In this document: positions 12,255-27,000 of the stretch, piece after piece | How positions within the stretch are numbered: position 1 is the stretch's first letter | Layout of the letters: each line of letters begins with the position of its first letter | DNA from: Minutocellus sp. GHC0000111 | Taxonomy: Eukaryota | DNA length: 64,000 bases | Assembly (NCBI GenBank): GCA_977018835.1 | Contig: OZ361257.1 | Location: 1,178,001 to 1,242,000 of the forward strand | Direction of reading: 5' to 3' | Position numbers and translations under genes: made by a program | Notes under the pieces: model-generated | Databases searched by the model: none | What the model was told of the DNA's origin: nothing | The model's input: the letters and a program-made list of their open reading frames with translations, nothing else

Positions 12255-13306
12255 ATGATGCGCCTCCTATCCCTCTTTACGCTTCTTTGCGGTGCTGCTG
12301 CAGTGTCGGCTGGCGGCCGTTCCGCTGGTTCCTCCACCTTCGTAGTGAAATCTAAACTGAAAGATACGCAGCAACCACCAGTCAATCGGCAGAGAGATTT
12401 GAACGTGGAAGAGACGTCCAGTTCCGTCCCGTCGGTTCGCGGTGGAGCTGGACCGTTCAAGCCATCAGCTGTGGCTCAATTTGCGACCATCATCACCATC
12501 CTCAAGTAAGTGGGTTGCTGGGTGCTGCTGTATCTGATACAATTGTATCTGATTGAACTCATCAGCAAGGCAATCCGCATCGTCCAATCTTTTTGATCTC
12601 ACAACATGTCTTCTCCCTTCATGCTTTCAGTTCGGCCATGATTTCTCTGGCACCGGCCAAGACGCTGGAGATGTATGGCCTCGACAAAACCCCTCTCACC
12701 GAGTATATGACGGAATGGATTGGTCACATCTCTACCAGCCAAGCCATCACGCAGTGGAGCCTCTACTTTAACGGCAATACCGTGAATACGGCCATGGGCG
12801 CCGGCACTCTTTACTTGGTGATCTTTACAATCAAGTCACTGCTCAACGATATGCCTGGCCAGTTTGGTTTTTCGGCTATTGGTCAGTATGTGTTCTTGTT
12901 CATCAATGCCTTCTGCGGTCACCAATTGTTGTACAACAAGAAATATGCTCCTCAAGTCGCCAAATTTTATCCGATCTGGGGCATGCTGAACGCTCTCTCC
13001 TTTATCGTGGCGCCAGAGACGATGGGCAAGAAGTGGGGGGTGGAAGGCGCTGATCCCGATGCGTTGGTTACGTATGAAATGAAGCAGACCGGCTTCGTCC
13101 TTGCCACCAAGGCTGTCTACCTGCTCTCGTTGGGACTTGGCGTCGACACAACGAAAGCTCTTGGTTACGGTAACGTCCCTGCCCTCATCGGCATGATCCT
13201 GACGAATTTTGTTTCCAAAGAGGTCGAATCCTTTGGCATGGACTCTAATCAGCAATGGTTCTGGCTTCTCTTGAAGGTATTTGTTATTGGTAGCCTGGCG
13301 TTTTAG
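12255..13306 (+). CDS. Signal peptide + multi-pass membrane protein; intron 12506-12630
   Basis: MMRLLSLFTLLCGAAA signal, VRGGA motif, a frame-compatible GT-AG intron and about 8 hydrophobic segments. Confidence 0.7.
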
Positions 13307-13453
13307 AATGACGACATTTAATTGGCTGAATTCTACTAGACTAGTAGAAGACTGCGATATTCTTGTAGTAATCCTTTGACTCTAATATTAGTGAAATTTT
13401 GAGACACCGTGAGATTTTCAGTCGGTGAATCCCCCGCCCTGTTTCTTTCTAAT

Positions 13454-14952
13454 TTATCTTCTGGATTTCCACCGAGATTTCCATTCCTCGGTCCCATCCA
13501 ATAAGCCAACCTTTTTGGCTCTTTGCCAGCCAATGCGACCATTTGACCAACGACTTTGGTGCTAACATCTTGATCAGACATGGACTTCATTTCTTGCACT
13601 TTTGCAGCAAGACGAGCGTGCCGGGGAATCAACCCATCTTTGGGTACAAAAAGGTCGGCGTCTGGCTCAGCACCGAATTCAAACATTGGTTTCTCTTTGT
13701 GCCATAGCTCATGTATTACCAACTTAATTTTTGAATCTGTTCGAAGTCCGAGCATGATAAGAAAGTCCTCAATGCACTTGTCACGAACAGTTTTATGGCC
13801 CGATGCTTTGCTAATGGCAGCCGGGGAGTACAATTTAATGAGCGCCTTGCTGGCCCAAAAGTCGGCAAGTAGAGGCGGTGCTCCATTTGTCAGCGCGCTC
13901 ACGAAGAACGATAGAGCAATATCTTCGCATTCAAACTTCTCTTCTATCCGTTCCAAGATAGGCTCTGGCATGTACGACATGTATAAGTCCAAGTAATCCC
14001 GATGTACGAAGCAATATCTAGGCAGGGTAAGAGAGTACCGATTGTATTTCTCTGTCGCACTCTTATAACCATATTCGAAACTTCGAAGCTTTTCGTGGAC
14101 TGGAGCTGCCCCTTGGTTCTTGCCATCATCCTCGTCAACAAAGTGAGGTATGTGCAATCGGGCATCATACCCCACTAGCCGATCGGGATTGGCAACCCAT
14201 CGAAAGAAACCGGCGTCGATGGCATCGCATGGTCGAAGCACATCGTCGTCCATGCTCAGTATGCCCAGCGTGGGAGTGTCCTCTGTCAAAATGTTGAAGC
14301 GCTCGTTCAGGCTGTTGATCATGTGCCTCTCCACCACCACCTTTCCACTGGGATGGTTCAGCACTTCAGTTGGCGGCTCATTTTCTTCATCGCACCAAAT
14401 GACTTGTATTTGTGCCACTCCCTCGCACTGTGAATGGTGGTTGAGCGATACAATGAGCTGCTCGTTACGTCTCCACGTATTGACCCGTATTGTAAACTTT
14501 TCCCGATCGTTTGGTCCCAGCTCGGTAAGTCCCTGTTCCAATGCCTGGTCCAGTTGGTCTGCATATATGTTGAGGTGGTCGCTATCCAATTCATCCACGG
14601 CGCGGGGCGTAAAATTATTCGCGTGTGGGAGCCGTTTTGGTTGGCCGTTGCTGTCTGGGTGCGCTTGGTCGTCAGCTGGAGCAGCAGTGCTTTGGCCAAA
14701 ACCGAGAGGTGCTCCAAATAGCATGTACAATGATGTGATTAGCAGCAAGCCAAGGAGAACGTAATCGACAATGCCACGTGTCTGCCACCAGCTGTTGGAT
14801 CCACGACGGTCAAAACCAGAGTGGACCACCCTCGTCGAGCTTGAGGTCTGCCTCAGCGTTCTCTTCCTGCTTGGAGGTGATGAGGATGATGACGTTGTGG
14901 TTGGCAGAGCACCATTTCTCTCCTCGAGCGATTCGGTGCTTCTCGCCCTCAT
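13454..14952 (-). CDS. GT64-family (EXTL2-like) glycosyltransferase; probable 1-bp frameshift near 13514
   Basis: TM anchor; NTWRR, NSLNERF, ILSMDDD, RLVGYDARLH, CEDIALSF, R.KC motifs of GT64. One more A in the A5 run gives the ending KVGLLDGTEEWKSRWKSRR*. Confidence 0.85.
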
Positions 14953-15151
14953 CTTTGCTTCGTATGCAACGTAGCTAGCTAGATCTAGCTACGTAATACG
15001 CAACCGTGCCGCCGTGGCCCCACACTACACGGCGCCGGCCGCTGAAAGCAAACGATCTGCAAACGTGCAAATACTCAAAAAATGGCAACTTTCGGGGCGC
15101 AGCCCCGAACTTTCGGAATCCCCGGAGGTGCGAAGCACCGACACAAGCAAC

Positions 15152-15172
15152 GAGAGAGAGAGAGAGAGAGAG
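15152..15172. repeat. (GA)n microsatellite
   Basis: About 10 GA units, directly visible. Confidence 0.9.
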
Positions 15173-15371
15173 AGGAGTTTGTTGCAAAAAACACAGACAA
15201 GATGATCAACCGTCAACAATGGAACACATGAATAAACCAAGCTACGCTGGGCGATACACTCCATGAGACGCAGCCATATACAGCACATGCCTGTATTAGG
15301 ATGTTATGAGCGCGTCTTGACCGCCGAAGCTCGTCGCTGACGCCGCAGAGCAAGAATTTATTGCTGCTCAC

Positions 15372-16900
15372 TTACACGTCGTTCCGCCCCTCATTGCCGC
15401 GCCGAATTGGAGCTTGCTGGCACTCAAAAGAGCAAGAAGCACGCCACCGCTTGCTGCGAGACGATGGTATATCATCTTCATGATATTGTGGGATGGATTG
15501 ATAGCGATATTTGAGGTGGCGAAGGCTGGAAACAACTTCGTTTTCCAACTTTTCGGTCAAATTTTTGTTGAAAATCGATCATTTGGAGGTGGCTGCAGCC
15601 AGATAATGGGACTTAAATCCTCATATACGATCGAAACTGGCCGATGCTTGGCTTTGGCAGCCAATGGATACATATGAGGTGGGTTGGGCAGCCGCTGATT
15701 GGGGTCTCCGGTCAGAGGTGTCGTTCTATTTACACACATGGACAAGTAAAAGAAAATCTTTTGTGTTCTCCTCAACTACTCCTTTGCTTCTCACTTTACC
15801 TGCAGAGAATACAACCACCCCATCTGGCGGCCATCCAGTCCAGCCACGGGCTAGTATATATACACAGCGGATATCGTCATCATTTCTGTGACCATCGGGG
15901 CCTCAATCGTCGAAAAACATTGAGCATTTGTGATTTTGAAATGGTTCAAGATTTGGGATGCTTATGATATGGGGCACTGAGCGCTGAATAGCCGCAGTAG
16001 CGGGTATTCTCGCTCATATATGATATAACAACACTCAAATATGGTGGGTGGGGACGATGGGCCGGTCCTCTTGCCCATTCGGCAGATGTCTGAATCACTG
16101 GGAATGGAGCGAAATCGAACCTGAAATAAGGAGGAGAATGGATCATATAAAATAAAGAGATAAAGCCCCACTGAGGCGCTATGGCACTTAACTTCACCCT
16201 CTATACATATTTCTTGGTCTGTGTGGCTATCATCTGAGCGAAGGGAGCAGCATAATGGGTGCTCATACTGTTATCCTTCCCCAACCACCACCAGCTTCAG
16301 CACAATCATAGCACAATCAAAAGTAGTAGAAGTGCACGCTGTAAACACCTCTCGGATACAAAGCTGGTCGTAAAAATCGCTTGTTGATGTCAATGATGGA
16401 TTATCTGTTGAATACTGGCGGAAGAAACGGGCTACAGGGCACATGGGGTCACGCTCTTTGTCCGGTGCGGAGCTCCACGACGAAGCCGAAAAAGTCGATT
16501 TTGTGGCATCTTCGTGGTGGAAATTCGAATGAAAAAAAGCCCCCGTTGCTCGGAGTCTCGGTTCATGCAGCCTCAACACATACTGAATGGACAATACAAA
16601 TGCAGACTCCGAGCAAATGGGTGGTAGACAATGCATTCATGGGCGCTTCCTGGTGGGGTGGTGCCGTCGAATCGGCACAAACTCGTGACATGTGTTGTGT
16701 TTGAGACATTATTTCTCAAGAAATACATGCGAGTAACTTGCACTCTCGGTGCGCACGTGCCGAAGAGGTATCAAATGGTCATTTCGAATGCAGAGTGTAA
16801 GTTACTCGTTGGTGTTGGTGGAGATATCTGCGGCGGCGGTGACCATGGTTGAGCCCATACTTTCGCCGTGATAAAATGAGCGGGTTTTCGGTCGGGAGGG
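15372..16900 (-). pseudogene. Degenerate coding-like region, family unassigned
   Basis: Short protein-like fragments in shifting frames (e.g. DDIRCVYILARGWTGWPPDGVVVFSAG) broken by stops; no long ORF. Confidence 0.3.
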
Positions 16901-17233
16901 CGAAAACAAGTGGGGGCATAAGTATTTTGGTCCCGATTTCCAACGAGTTCCTCGCACGTAGAACCTACGTGAGACGGGACCACTGTCCTGGACGTAGACT
17001 CACTCGACTTTATCGTATTCCACCTTTCCCCCTTTGTTTTCATAAAAGGGTGACTGACGTGTCGGCGTTTTTTCCTCCGTGCTGATGGCGCCACCGCTCC
17101 CCACGCGGAGATCTTCTGGTGAGATGACGCACGACTTTTGTTCTTCGCCGTGCTTTTTTGCGCGCAACCCTCCCTCCGATCTTATCACAATCTAAGCAAT
17201 TGATAGTCCAACTCAACCCAAACCCAAATATAT

Positions 17234-17989
17234 ATGAAGTTCGTCAACTCCGCCCTCTTCTTCCTTGCCGCCGCCTCCACGGCCACCGCCTTCGTCCCTG
17301 CTCGTAAGTCTCATTTTTCTTCCTGATGGCATTTGCATTGGAGTCGACCAAATTAAATTGCTCGCATCTTTCCGCGGTAGCGAACGTGGCACATCCATCT
17401 TCCATCGATTGGAGGGTTGTGGCCATCTGATTGCATGGATGGAAGTATCGCGTCCTCCCTTTGTATTCAGAGGGGCATAGATAGCACGGGCATGTACCGC
17501 AGAGCTCGTATCATTTCCAATGCGCCAATTGCAATTGATCTCACGCAATCATCCTCTATCCTTCGTTTTCTTTGCAAATTGACTCACTCCAATTATCGAA
17601 CAATTTATTTATCGGCGCACCTGTCATCAATATGTATCTGCCCGACTCCATCCAATTCGTATCGCCCTCAATCTTCATATGCTTATTTATTTGACCGATC
17701 TTGTCACCACGGCTAATGTGCTTGCCCCTGAATTGTTCTACAATTGGTCAATTGCATTTCATTTATCGGCGGCTCAGGAGAGAGCATCGCTGCTGCATCC
17801 GGCGAGAGTAGGCAGCAGATACCCTCTGTTCTGCGTTTCGAGAGTGAGCCCTTGGTATCTTGGCCCACTTTTTGCGTCCAAGACTTTTGTAGTTGTCTCC
17901 TGGCTGGTCGGTCATTGAGGACATCTTCCGCGAGCACGTGTATGTATAAATCTCCCACCGACATCGGCCATCGGTTGCTTGTTGCTTAG
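17234..17989 (+). CDS. Orphan plastid-presequence exon (17234-17303) with putative second exon 17778-17989
   Basis: MKFVNSALFFLAAASTATAFVPA followed by a GTAAGT donor. The first AG after a long AG-free tract is at 17776-17777 and splices in frame. Confidence 0.4.
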
Positions 17990-18030
17990 CAAATTGAGGA
18001 GCGAACCGCCAACCTATCTCACCCAGTAAC

Positions 18031-21000
18031 ATGGCGAAGCAGGCGCTGATCGATGCTATCGACGAGAGCATCGCCCCGTTCGTTCATCCTGATGATTTGA
18101 AGCCATCGCGGCTGACGCTGTCGCTCTGGTCTGGGCGGATCCGCTTCCCCCACGGCCTTCGGCTCAATGCCGATGCCATCAATAAGGAGCTGGCCAAGTC
18201 GAATCATCCGTCTGCCTCGAGTGATGAAGGCCACGGTGGTGGTGGAATCGGCGAACGCATCCGACGACGGGGGAGAGGAAACAGCATGGCGGAGGGTAGT
18301 CATCATACTTCCTCCTCGGTTACTGCTATGACTGCTGCAGCTGATGGTGCAACGCCCAAGGCAGCCAGCAATGGCGGTGCCGGCGGAGGCATGTGGAGCC
18401 CCTTTTCATTTGGTACAGGATGGTCGCGCGGTGATGCAGCAACAGAGCAGCAATCGAATTCGACGAGGGAGCGCAGTCCAGCCGTTAGAAAACAGGCGAA
18501 GGCTACCCGCAGGATGTCCAATGGCACTGTGGGAGCATCCACTCTGGCATCCGATTTGGTCGGAGGGGATGGAACACTGAATATGGGAGGGGGTAGAGAC
18601 AAACCAGTGCACAATAGCGGCGTGTCGTATACCACACCGGCCTCCTATATTGACGAAGGCTGGGCTGTGAATGTTCATCTCGATGCGTATCGGAATGCCA
18701 AAACGGAAGAAGATCATCAAAAGGCTCGAGAGGAGGCAGAAGCTTCGGATACGTCGTCTCGTTCGACCAACCCCTTTTTAGCGGGCCTGGGACTTCCTTC
18801 CAATGTTCGGTTGATTTCTGGCTACGTCCGTCAAGTCCAAATGGACATTCCCTGGTCTTGCCTTGCTACCAAGCCGGTCGTTATCAAGCTTTCTGGCGTG
18901 AAATTGGCTGTGATGCCTTTTTCTTTTTCAGGGCAGAACGATGCAGGCGATTTTGCGAAAACAACACCACACTCTACATCGACTGGCGGCGGTGGCGGCC
19001 TTTTCCGTGCTAGAGGCAAGGAGGCAATGATGCGAAAACTCCGAACAAAAGAAGAGCAGACAATTGCCGCCAAAAGGAGACGAATATTGATGAAAAAAGA
19101 AATCAGGAAACGGCAGCAGGATGCATTTTTGAGGTGTCTGTTCGAGGACCGTACCGCGAGCAGTGGGAGGGAAGACAATGACACAGAAACAAGTGGCCGA
19201 GATAGTCCAGCTCCCAGCATTGCCAGCGTTGGATCGCGTTCGACGGTGACCGGTTCTGGGTTAGATGTATTGAGGGCAGCAGCGCATACTACTAGTAGTA
19301 CGAGCGTTGCTTCGACTGTTTTTGGAGCATCGTCCGAACAAAGGCGAATGTCCTTTGTGCTTGGCAATAAAGAGGACGATGAGGAAGGTGGATATGGCAT
19401 GCACAGTATTAGTACGTCAAGTGCCACCAGCATGTATCACAGAAGCAGTCTGAACACATCGACGAATAGATCTCAGTCGCCGTTTCTCAAGTCCCCAGCG
19501 TCTGAAAGCATGCGCAAGATGACGAAACGCCCAAACATGCCAAACGACGTCTTTAGATCTCGGCTTCGTCGAAAAATTATGGAGAATCTCTGTCTTGATG
19601 TTCGTGGCATTCACATTCAGATGTGTAAGCCAAATGGAGCAGACGAAGAAGCCACGGCAGGAGCAAAAAAGAAAGCTAATGGCTTCGTATTGGGCATTGT
19701 CCTCGATTCTTTGCAATTGTACACAACGGATGAGCATGGACGAAAGGTACGGGCGCAAGGTAGAGGCGGCCCTGTCAAATGGTCAACATTTCTGAAGCCC
19801 AAAACCTCTGGAAAGGGGGTTGATTCAACTGGCGGAAGACCAATGGGGGGAACATTCCTTTTCAAGGCATTGCGTGTCAGTGGGCTCGGTGTATATCTTG
19901 AGGAAGGGAAGAGCAGAGTCGAGATTGACGAAGAAACCCTCTTTGGTGGCGCAACTCTTTCTAGTCGTGATAAAGGCCCCGATCAAGGCGATATGTACGG
20001 AGCAGGGTCCCAAGATTCTGCCCATCGTCGGCCCTCGGATAGTGGAGATGACATAAGCCTCGCGAGTATGGAAACTGATGGTCTTAACGATGAGGTCCTC
20101 GCAGGAGGCTACGGGAGGAGGTATGTTGTCAACCCAATTTCATTCGAAGCTGCATATAGACAACGGAATGACGAATTGTCAACGGTACTTCAGTCGCAGT
20201 CCGCTTCTGCGATGACGCCAGTGCAACGCCGCCAAACTGAAAAGGCAACTGGTGACGATGAAACGGGGCATCTACTCTTTTCACAGCTCCCTCACCTTTC
20301 AATCGTCCTATCAGAGCCCCAATTGCGATTAGCGTCGGAGGTTGTCGATTCGTTCCTACCTTTTTGTGGGAAACATGACTCTGGCGTTTCAATGGTTCTC
20401 CGTCCTCTTTACCCTGAGTACAGACCTGCCTGTTCCATTACATCGCTCACAGCATCTGATTGGTGGAGGTATTCAATTCGATCAATTCGTCGAATGAAAC
20501 GGCCCGGCTCCTGCATGTGGCGCAATTTCATGCTCGCTTTTCGGAAGAAACGAAAGTATATGTCTCTGTACAAAAGATATGTGGCGCACTGCGATCCGAG
20601 AGATCAAGCGTTCTATGAAATGGCGTCATCCTCCAGCCATAGATGCACCAAATATTGCTGTCGAGCTTATGAATGTTTGGCCCCAGCTGACATTGAGGCA
20701 ATGCGGGCGATTGAAGACGATCGCTTTATCTCTATCGAAGCCTCTTGGGATGGAGGGCAGAAGCTGAGGCTCAAATCTGGCGCGAACGAAGGCTGCAGAC
20801 CAAGGCGGGCGAAGTGACAGAGCTTGAGCTCAATGAATCGATGTCTCGGTTACAATCTGTGTTTCAGGGTGGACTGGGCGGTTTGGGGGGGAGTCCTTAT
20901 CCTTCCAAGGGTGGTGAAACAGAAATACAGGTCGATGACATGGATACAAGTGGGAATCAAAACGCTGCGTCGTTAGCACTCACCGCTGAAGACCTCAATC

Positions 21001-24000
21001 GATTGGAGCTGCAATTAGAGGCATACGTCGACTCTCCATCCCGAACATCGAACTCTCGGATTGCTGAGCTTGAGTTGTCGCTGGGATTCGTTGTGGTAGA
21101 TCTTGTTTCAACTGATCTGTCCCCTGTTGCCAAGCTTCAATTGGGAACACTTGATTTATCTTGTGCGTTGTTTTTCTATTCTCAGAGTATGTTGTCTCTA
21201 AGCCTCTCGAGTGTACTTCTGGAGGACATGACTACATTTGACCCAATGGTACACACGATAATGCGAAGCGTTCATCATGCCGCGCCAATGGATGACAACC
21301 GCTCTTGTGCCAGTGGACACAGTGGCGTCGGAACCTCCGGTGGATCCACTACCCAGCCTTGTTCCGCAGGCAAATTCTCTATCAAGCGCACAACTACAGG
21401 AGACCTTGAAGTCAGCCTCAAGATGACTACCTTTGAATTCCTTTTATCACCGTCGTTCTCGTCGTCTCTCAACAAGTTTTTGGACTTGACCGACAACAGC
21501 GATGATCTTCTCGATGCCCCGGGGCTATATCGTTATGCAAACGAGATGTTTAGGGCTGCAATTCGGCAGTTGAAATCGCGTGCGAAGTCATCGTGGGACG
21601 AGAAATGCCAAAATGGAAAGCGCTGGGATCTCGATATCGCGCTTGATCCTGTCATTCTAATCGCACCTGGTAACGCCATGGACGCAGATTCGCGTGCTGT
21701 CATTCTCAGTCTGGGCCAGCACCAACTTAAAACAATGCCCCAAAAGGGGGAAAAGCCAATGGGCTCATTTGCGCAAACATGGTTCGACGAACAGAGTATC
21801 CATCGGTGCTTCAGAACCAAATCCGAAGAAAACGAAAGATCCGTTGTTACCGATCGATGGGAGCTCGTCGCAAGCGGAATAACGGCGGCGATTGGCCCAC
21901 CCAACGACGAAAATTGGCGCCACAATGTTGTCGATGAGCTTATTCATGCGGGTGCTCACTCGGATGGCAATATGATTGCAGCGGATGTCAGACCATACTT
22001 AGTTCTGAGGCCTTGCGTCTTTCAGGTCGACTTGGGGTCCTCGACGTCCGTGGAAAAGAACATAATCAAAAATCGACGATCGTGGGTATCTGTGAATGAT
22101 TCGTCTCCTCCACTTTTGGTACGTCTTCGATCAGATGATATCGTTGCGTTGGGGAGAAGTGTGCGTCAAACGCAGGAATTCTTGGGGAGACGTACCCCCC
22201 GACTTCCCTCAGTCTGGAGCACAGATACCGTGCCCACCAGTGGTCTTGGCGAGCCAGCTGTTGGCAATCTTTACTTCCAGGGAGAAGATAATGGTCCAGT
22301 TGGCCTCGATGGTGTTTTGCCTGCATCAATTGTGCCAGGTGGGGAGCAACTTGTGAATCTACACAAGCAAGAGGAACCTACCCATGCCTTCCATTTCTCG
22401 TATGACATCCCTCGTCTGAAAGTGGCTCTTAAGCTCTCTCGAGAGGGATCGTTTATCACGCAACTCGATTCTATGTGCTTTGGTTTATCTTCGAATTTTG
22501 ACAAAACGACGAGTGGCCGATTCGAGCTAGCGGATGCCTGGGTGTTCTATCAAGTGGAGGAGGTAGAGCCCACTGTGATTTTTGGCGATAGACCGCCGAA
22601 CACAAAGCCTGCCACCTCATATTGTCCCGATGAAGGAAAGAACTTGGTCAGTGCCGAATTATCGATTGCAGAATCCGTTGCAGGTAACAACACGCCTCTA
22701 AACTCCCCTTTCGAGGCAATGGATTTGGCCTTCCGAGCACAGACAAGGGATGTTGTGATCAACATGCACCCGAAGTTACTACGATTGGCAATCAAATCAT
22801 TCCGAAGGATCAAGCAGGGGCTTTCGTTCGCTTTAGCTCCAACATCAGAGGAACCCACCCTGAGCCATAAGAGTACTGGGCCCGGAACATCTACTTTCAT
22901 TTCTTTCCCTCTGGCTGCTAATTCGGTAGACGACGACAGAAGCGTAGGGAGCAATTCCTCATCAGATTTCTCCGTGTCTACGGCAGCGTCGCTGATGGAG
23001 TCTCGCCCTTCCCGAGATTTTCTTGGCTACTTTTTCCCCGCTCTTAGCAACGCTAAGCGAGATCTCTTTCGTCCTACGTCGGCTTTAGCTGTTACGGCTT
23101 CTTTTATAATCACAAGTATCTCGGTTTCAATAATTCCCGACAACAACGAGGAGCCAAGTCGTTTTGATGTTGTATTTTCTGACAATGTCTTTGGTATCAA
23201 CACAGATGATGATGGCGGAAAGACCACTTCTTTTGAAATAGGAAAGGTGGCCATCACGAGCGCATCGTCTTACGCCTACCGCCAGGAGTACTGCAAAGTG
23301 TTGAGAGGAGGTGATGACAAGGGGGCTAAGTTTCTGGTACTTGATCACACGAAAAGTCCTTCATCCACGGTTGACACCGAAACAGGAAAGATAAAACCAC
23401 AGACTCAAACCTATGTCCGCATAGCCCCAATTCATTGCGTGTATCTCCAGTCGCAAGCGACGGTTTTGTCGGGTTTTCTGCATAAATCAGGTTTGAGAGC
23501 GGTACTAGCACCCGCCTTGTCTATCAAAAAGTGCCTTCCAACGAGGTGAGTGCAGCAACATACGACGTACATTTGTAAATATCATTTTTCGACCTTGTAT
23601 AAACACTCAGATGACTCACTGTGATTTCTCTTCTCAATACCCTTCACTTATCGAGCAGCTTACGGACATCAAACTACAAGAGCTGGACATCAAGATCCCG
23701 GAATCAAGCACATCGACGACGAAATTAGCATTCAGAGTTGGATCAACGTCGATTGTCCACAATATTGATCCGTCGGACTTTACCACCAAGACAATAGATT
23801 TGGACGACATCAACCTATGTTGTTCAAATAACACGAGCATCGGCAATCCCATTAGCGTCTCTGCGGAAATTACGGCAGCGATACTTGATCAAGAAGGTAT
23901 GGAGGAAGTTGATTCAAAGAAAATCGTTCAACGAATACAAATAAGTTCGTCTGAAGTCCATCTTGCCATAACAGCAAGACAATACCGCCAGCTCATCGCC

Positions 24001-27000
24001 ACCCTTGTTAATAACATTGGCAGCACAAGCACAAAGGCAATCCGCGACCTCACCGGCAGCTCCCCTCGTCCACGCGCGTGGCGTGGCGATAAAGCAACCA
24101 ACAAGAATTCATCGCTTCGTTCCCTTCAGTCTTCTGTCGATGGGACAGCGACTGGTTCAGCAGCAGGCACAGCTGCCGGCACCGGAAATGGAATCGCCAG
24201 TCTTGTGACGGCCAAAATTGAGTTTTCCATCATCATCCCTGCATTCTCACTGTCTCTCTGCGATGAAAGTAATGACCCGTTTGTCAAAGTAAGTGCTGAA
24301 CGCGCCGCTACATTGCTTGGGTATGGGACGGAGGCATCGCCAGAGTTCAGCTCAAGCCTTGTCTTTGGCTTATATTCCCTTGAGATCACTGATGAGAGAT
24401 CATGTGTGGACCAGAACGATGGACGTTATCTTCTTCGTCAAATGTTTGGAGAAGGCGGGATCAGGGAGGCTCTTAGCATTTCATCCAAGGAAAACGACGA
24501 TGGATCTTTTATGATGAGGGCGAATGTAGGAGCCTGGCAAATGAATCTCCTCCCCGATCTTTTGGACGAAGCACAAGATTTCTTTCGCCTGCCGGTGGAT
24601 CAAGAGAGTCTAGGAAAACATATTTCTCTGATTGGTATGTTACAAAAAGTGATACCTGATGTTGCAGGGGGGTTGGAAGAGCCCCCGCCTTCGACGTTTG
24701 AATTGAAAATTTCCACTCTAAAGTTTGCCTGTTTTGAAGAACCTGTCCCAGATGAAGATGCCAAATTAAGACCAAGAAGAAGATGCGTCACAATTCAATT
24801 TGCACTCGAATCGAAGGGTACCGTGCAAACATCGAAAGATGCCACCCATCTGTTCGAGTCCCAAACAAATGTTGATGGCATCGAAATCTACAGCGCGGAA
24901 GGAAAAGCTCTTGCCGAAGCTGCACAAATCATGAGCCCGATGTCGCTCTCCTTCTTTGCCTCAAAGTCTGCAACGAACGAATACGGCAATGATGTAATGC
25001 CTACATTGACAGCAAAAATTGTTGTGTCGGAGCCCATCGACTTGACTGTCTCAACGCAAGATGTACTATTGGCTCGAAATGTCTATATTGGTTTACAAGA
25101 CTTTTCTCAAGCGACAATCGAATCGCTGAGCGATTCCATTTGCTTTCTCAATGCATCCGCGACCAGTTTCGGGAAATGTGACGCAATTACCGATATTCCC
25201 CAAAGCACAAGCGATGTCCCTCGAGAGATTGATGTGTCATCCTCTGCGTCGCAGTTGGTCAACTTGAGTGTAATGGTACCATCTTCAACCCTTGTATTGG
25301 TGAATGACAATGCCGCGCTTCTCCCAACACCCCTCTTCAAGTTCACAATCGAGAATATATTTTTTGAGAGTGAGGCGGACATGATCAAAGAGGAAGCTCC
25401 TTCATCAATAGTTTCTACTATCCTCCCGACGCTCGTCCAGTTCCGATTATCAATTCAAGGGCAAATATTTGATTCCATTGCATGCCGATGGAAGATGAGT
25501 TCTCAGTGCGATGCCGACGTAAACTATCATCGCCAGCAAGAAGCATGCCTCGGAGAAGGAGAGTATTCCAAGCGCCTCGAAATCGAACTGAATCCCTTTG
25601 AAATTGTCTCTTCAAGAGGACTATTCGAAAAGCTGGCATTATCTTCTCCGTTTATTTGGATGATTTAGTCAGAGTCGGGACACTTGGATACTCTCAAAGG
25701 AACAAGAGTGGTGACCGATGGGCCCTATGCAATCAGGAATTACACTGGGTTTCATTTTCATTTCTCGCTGCACGAGCAAGAAGAATCTTATGAGTGCAAG
25801 GCTGGCGAAACAAAGCACTTCATCTTCGAAAATACTCGAGGGTTTGGCGTTGGTTACTCGAGAGTGTTTGGCCAGGACTTTGAGGACGGCAAGAGCATTT
25901 CGGTATTTGAGAAGCAGGACGCAAGTTCGAATAAGGTTGATCCACATTTGCTTTCTTTATCCTTTGAGGATATCGATGCCGAATTGGGCAGCTGTCGAGC
26001 ACACAAGTATGGCGATGGGCGCATAGTATTCAGTGAGGTTGTTTCCGAGAATGGAAGAATGGTGAGTTCTTGGGTCTTTTGTTTACCGAAGTTTGCAGTG
26101 GTACGGCGTTTATAGGATATACTTCACAAATCACATTTTCTCATCTCTCGCTATTCTCTTCTTTTGCACTCTGCTTCAATCGATAACGCAAAGATACTGG
26201 TTGTGCGCGCGCGAGTCCTTTTCCACAACTTCACCCGGTACAATTTAGATGTTGGCATGAAACTCGGTGACTTTCACCAATCTTGCTGCTCCTGCTCTGG
26301 CCTCATTAGCCAAGGGACACCATCCCCAGAGGCTATCGCTCGAGCGGCTCAAACAGTCGCATTGGGCATTCCCCAGTCAGATAGAGCAGCCTTCGACGAA
26401 GCTGCAGAAAAGGCCAAGTCGAGGCTGGCTCTTGAGCTACGACTTCATGGTAGCGCCAGCGATGCAATTATTGGCGAAGGTAGCAGTTTTGTGGGTACCA
26501 TTGAACTCCCCTCTGTCCCGGCATTGAATGAGATGACAACCAAGGGATCTATATCTGAGACCAAGGTCATGGCATTTGCCGATGGAAGAAAAGGAAAGGA
26601 AAACAATGAGAACAATGAACTTTGTACCCACATTACATTTGTATCAACGATCATGGATGGTCACCCATCTGTCGAGATTTACTTACATCCGAAAGCAATT
26701 CTCAGAAATGCGTTTCCTACCCGCCTCTATTTTGCACTGAGTACATCTCGCGGCGAGAAAAGCATTGATTCTCTACAGCTCGAGGCTGGAGAAAGCGTGC
26801 AATTATTCACAGGGTCCGACAAGGCATATCTAAGGGTTCAAGCTGAGCCACTTGGCAGCACATCGGCAGTAGTTGGCGCGGTCGAAGTGAGAACTGCATG
26901 GTGCACTGATTCGGCCGAAAAGGCGACCGGCGACGAGCAAAGAGATCCAGATTCTCCTGATCGACCCATATCGCACATGCTCGGCACCTTGATGATTCAC

